Below, one piece after another: positions 63,388 through 64,000 of a stretch of 64,000 bases of DNA; the first letter of the stretch is position 1; each line of letters opens with the position of its first letter. The stretch lies in IMG/VR virus record IMGVR_UViG_3300018080_000149, positions 23,401-87,400 of that record; one strand, written 5' to 3'. The notes beneath the pieces were generated by a model. That model had not been told where the DNA came from. It saw only the letters and a program-made list of their open reading frames with translations, and did no database searches. The position numbers and the translations under genes were made by a program. The stretch is from a virus.

Positions 63388-63417
63388 TTACATATCCCGT
63401 CGAGCCCGTCTCACGAA
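63388..63417 (-). promoter_or_regulatory. Bipartite phage promoter motif (TTCGTGAG-N10-CGGGATATGTAA)
   Basis: Upstream of the SF2 helicase, with an A6 tract upstream. Confidence 0.72.
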
Positions 63418-63460
63418 TCTTTTTTGGGAAAGTTTTTGGTGAAATGGAGTGCCCACAACG

Positions 63461-63498
63461 AAGAAATAGTGGGGCCGGGCCACAAAAGGCCCGGCCCC
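63461..63498 (-). terminator. GC-rich hairpin, probable terminator
   Basis: 11-bp stem GGGGCCGGGCC/GGCCCGGCCCC followed by ACTATTTCTT on the minus strand. Confidence 0.55.
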
Positions 63499-63595
63499 GA
63501 AAGACACATCTCACTTCACTTGCCGTAATACTCACAGTGATACTTCTTCTTGGAGTGTGCTCTTTCATAATAATCATCTATCTCTCCTTTTCACC

Positions 63596-63646
63596 TAGCC
63601 CCCGAGGGAGGAATCGAACCTCCCAGAAATGCCACCTGGACGGGGG
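63596..63646 (-). ncRNA. 51-nt tRNA-like mini-element
   Basis: CCCCCG...CCAG/CTGG...GGAGG-TTCGATT-CCTCC-CTCGGGG-G-CTA, then GGTGAAAAGGAG. Confidence 0.65.
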
Positions 63647-63653
63647 TTTTGAG

Positions 63654-63956
63654 TTACACGTTGCCGACAACGAACCCGTCGGAGCCGTCGTCACTAACGA
63701 CCATACCGTCGAAGAACTCGGCCACGACCTTGCCGTTCGAGACATACCACGTCTTGTCTTCCTGGTAGACAGACAAATGGTCGAGGTACTGGTTCATGCA
63801 GCGCTTGGTCGTCACTGACCGCCAGCCACAGGAATCCAGTACCACACGACCCGACGAAAGGAACCGAATGATGTCGTTGCCGTGGAGGCTGACGACGTAG
63901 CTCCCGTCGGAGTAGTGTATCTCCTTAGTGTTCTTCCATTGCGTACTCTTGACCAT
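63654..63956 (-). CDS. Small early phage hypothetical protein
   Basis: LHGNDI...GWRSVTTKRCMNQYL, with an AAGGAGG RBS. Confidence 0.75.
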   Translation of the reverse strand: MVKSTQWKNTKEIHYSDGSYVVSLHGNDIIRFLSSGRVVLDSCGWRSVTTKRCMNQYLDHLSVYQEDKTWYVSNGKVVAEFFDGMVVSDDGSDGFVVGNV

Positions 63957-63973
63957 TTCTGGCCTCCTTTCAC

Positions 63974-64000
63974 TGGACCATGGGGCGGGAATCGAACCCG
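63974..64000 (-). ncRNA. 3' end of a tRNA or tRNA-like element (cut by the window edge)
   Basis: CGGG-TTCGATT-CCCGC-CCCATGG-T-CCA has exact T-arm, acceptor 3' strand, discriminator and CCA geometry. Confidence 0.7.

Noticed and set aside
63287-63577. 96-aa minus-strand ORF upstream of the SF2 helicase
   Set aside because: It has a good RBS but runs through a terminator-like hairpin, a promoter motif and the helicase start. Not confident enough to list as a CDS.
59714-63646. Calling the T-loop elements canonical tRNA genes
   Set aside because: None of the five complete elements has a normal D-arm plus 7-nt anticodon loop geometry. Only the edge-truncated element at 63974 could still be a full tRNA.
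1-64000. The many plus-strand ORFs in the six-frame track (e.g. 8081-8812, 20203-21060, 36342-37382, 49918-50631)
   Set aside because: They lie antisense to well-supported, tightly packed minus-strand genes and show no recognisable motifs, so they are treated as shadow ORFs.
1-64000. Alternative genetic code, inteins or introns
   Set aside because: Standard-code ORFs tile the minus strand almost completely. Terminase, PolA, helicases and RecA are of normal length with no intein or homing-endonuclease motifs.

Overview
This is a 64-kb segment of a large tailed dsDNA bacteriophage with a contractile tail and a SPO1/Twort-type head module. Essentially all real genes are on the minus strand. In transcription order (right to left) it has: (i) small early genes separated by six tRNA-like mini-structures; (ii) a replication/recombination module (SF2 helicase, DnaB-like helicase, primase, UDG-fused PolA, SSB, ParB, MT-A70 methyltransferase, RecA, SbcCD, RuvC-like resolvase); (iii) a 7-deazaguanine DNA-modification set (queD, dpdA-like, ParB, queE, folE2, and further left a KamA-like radical SAM gene plus two queC paralogues); (iv) accessory, lysis and peptidase genes and thyX; (v) terminase, portal, large basic head-cargo proteins (one of 1884 aa with a split sigma-70-like domain), prohead protease, scaffold, major capsid, neck genes and the start of the tail sheath. 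The ORF track does not show the strongest signals. These are a dispersed 17-bp palindrome TGATC-N7-GATCA (30 perfect and 10 core copies found by eye), the array of anticodon-less tRNA-like elements directly upstream of early-gene ribosome-binding sites, a bipartite phage promoter motif in 5-6 copies, and a 176-nt G-U-supported structured RNA. All calls come from reading the sequence and motifs by eye. No database searches were run.
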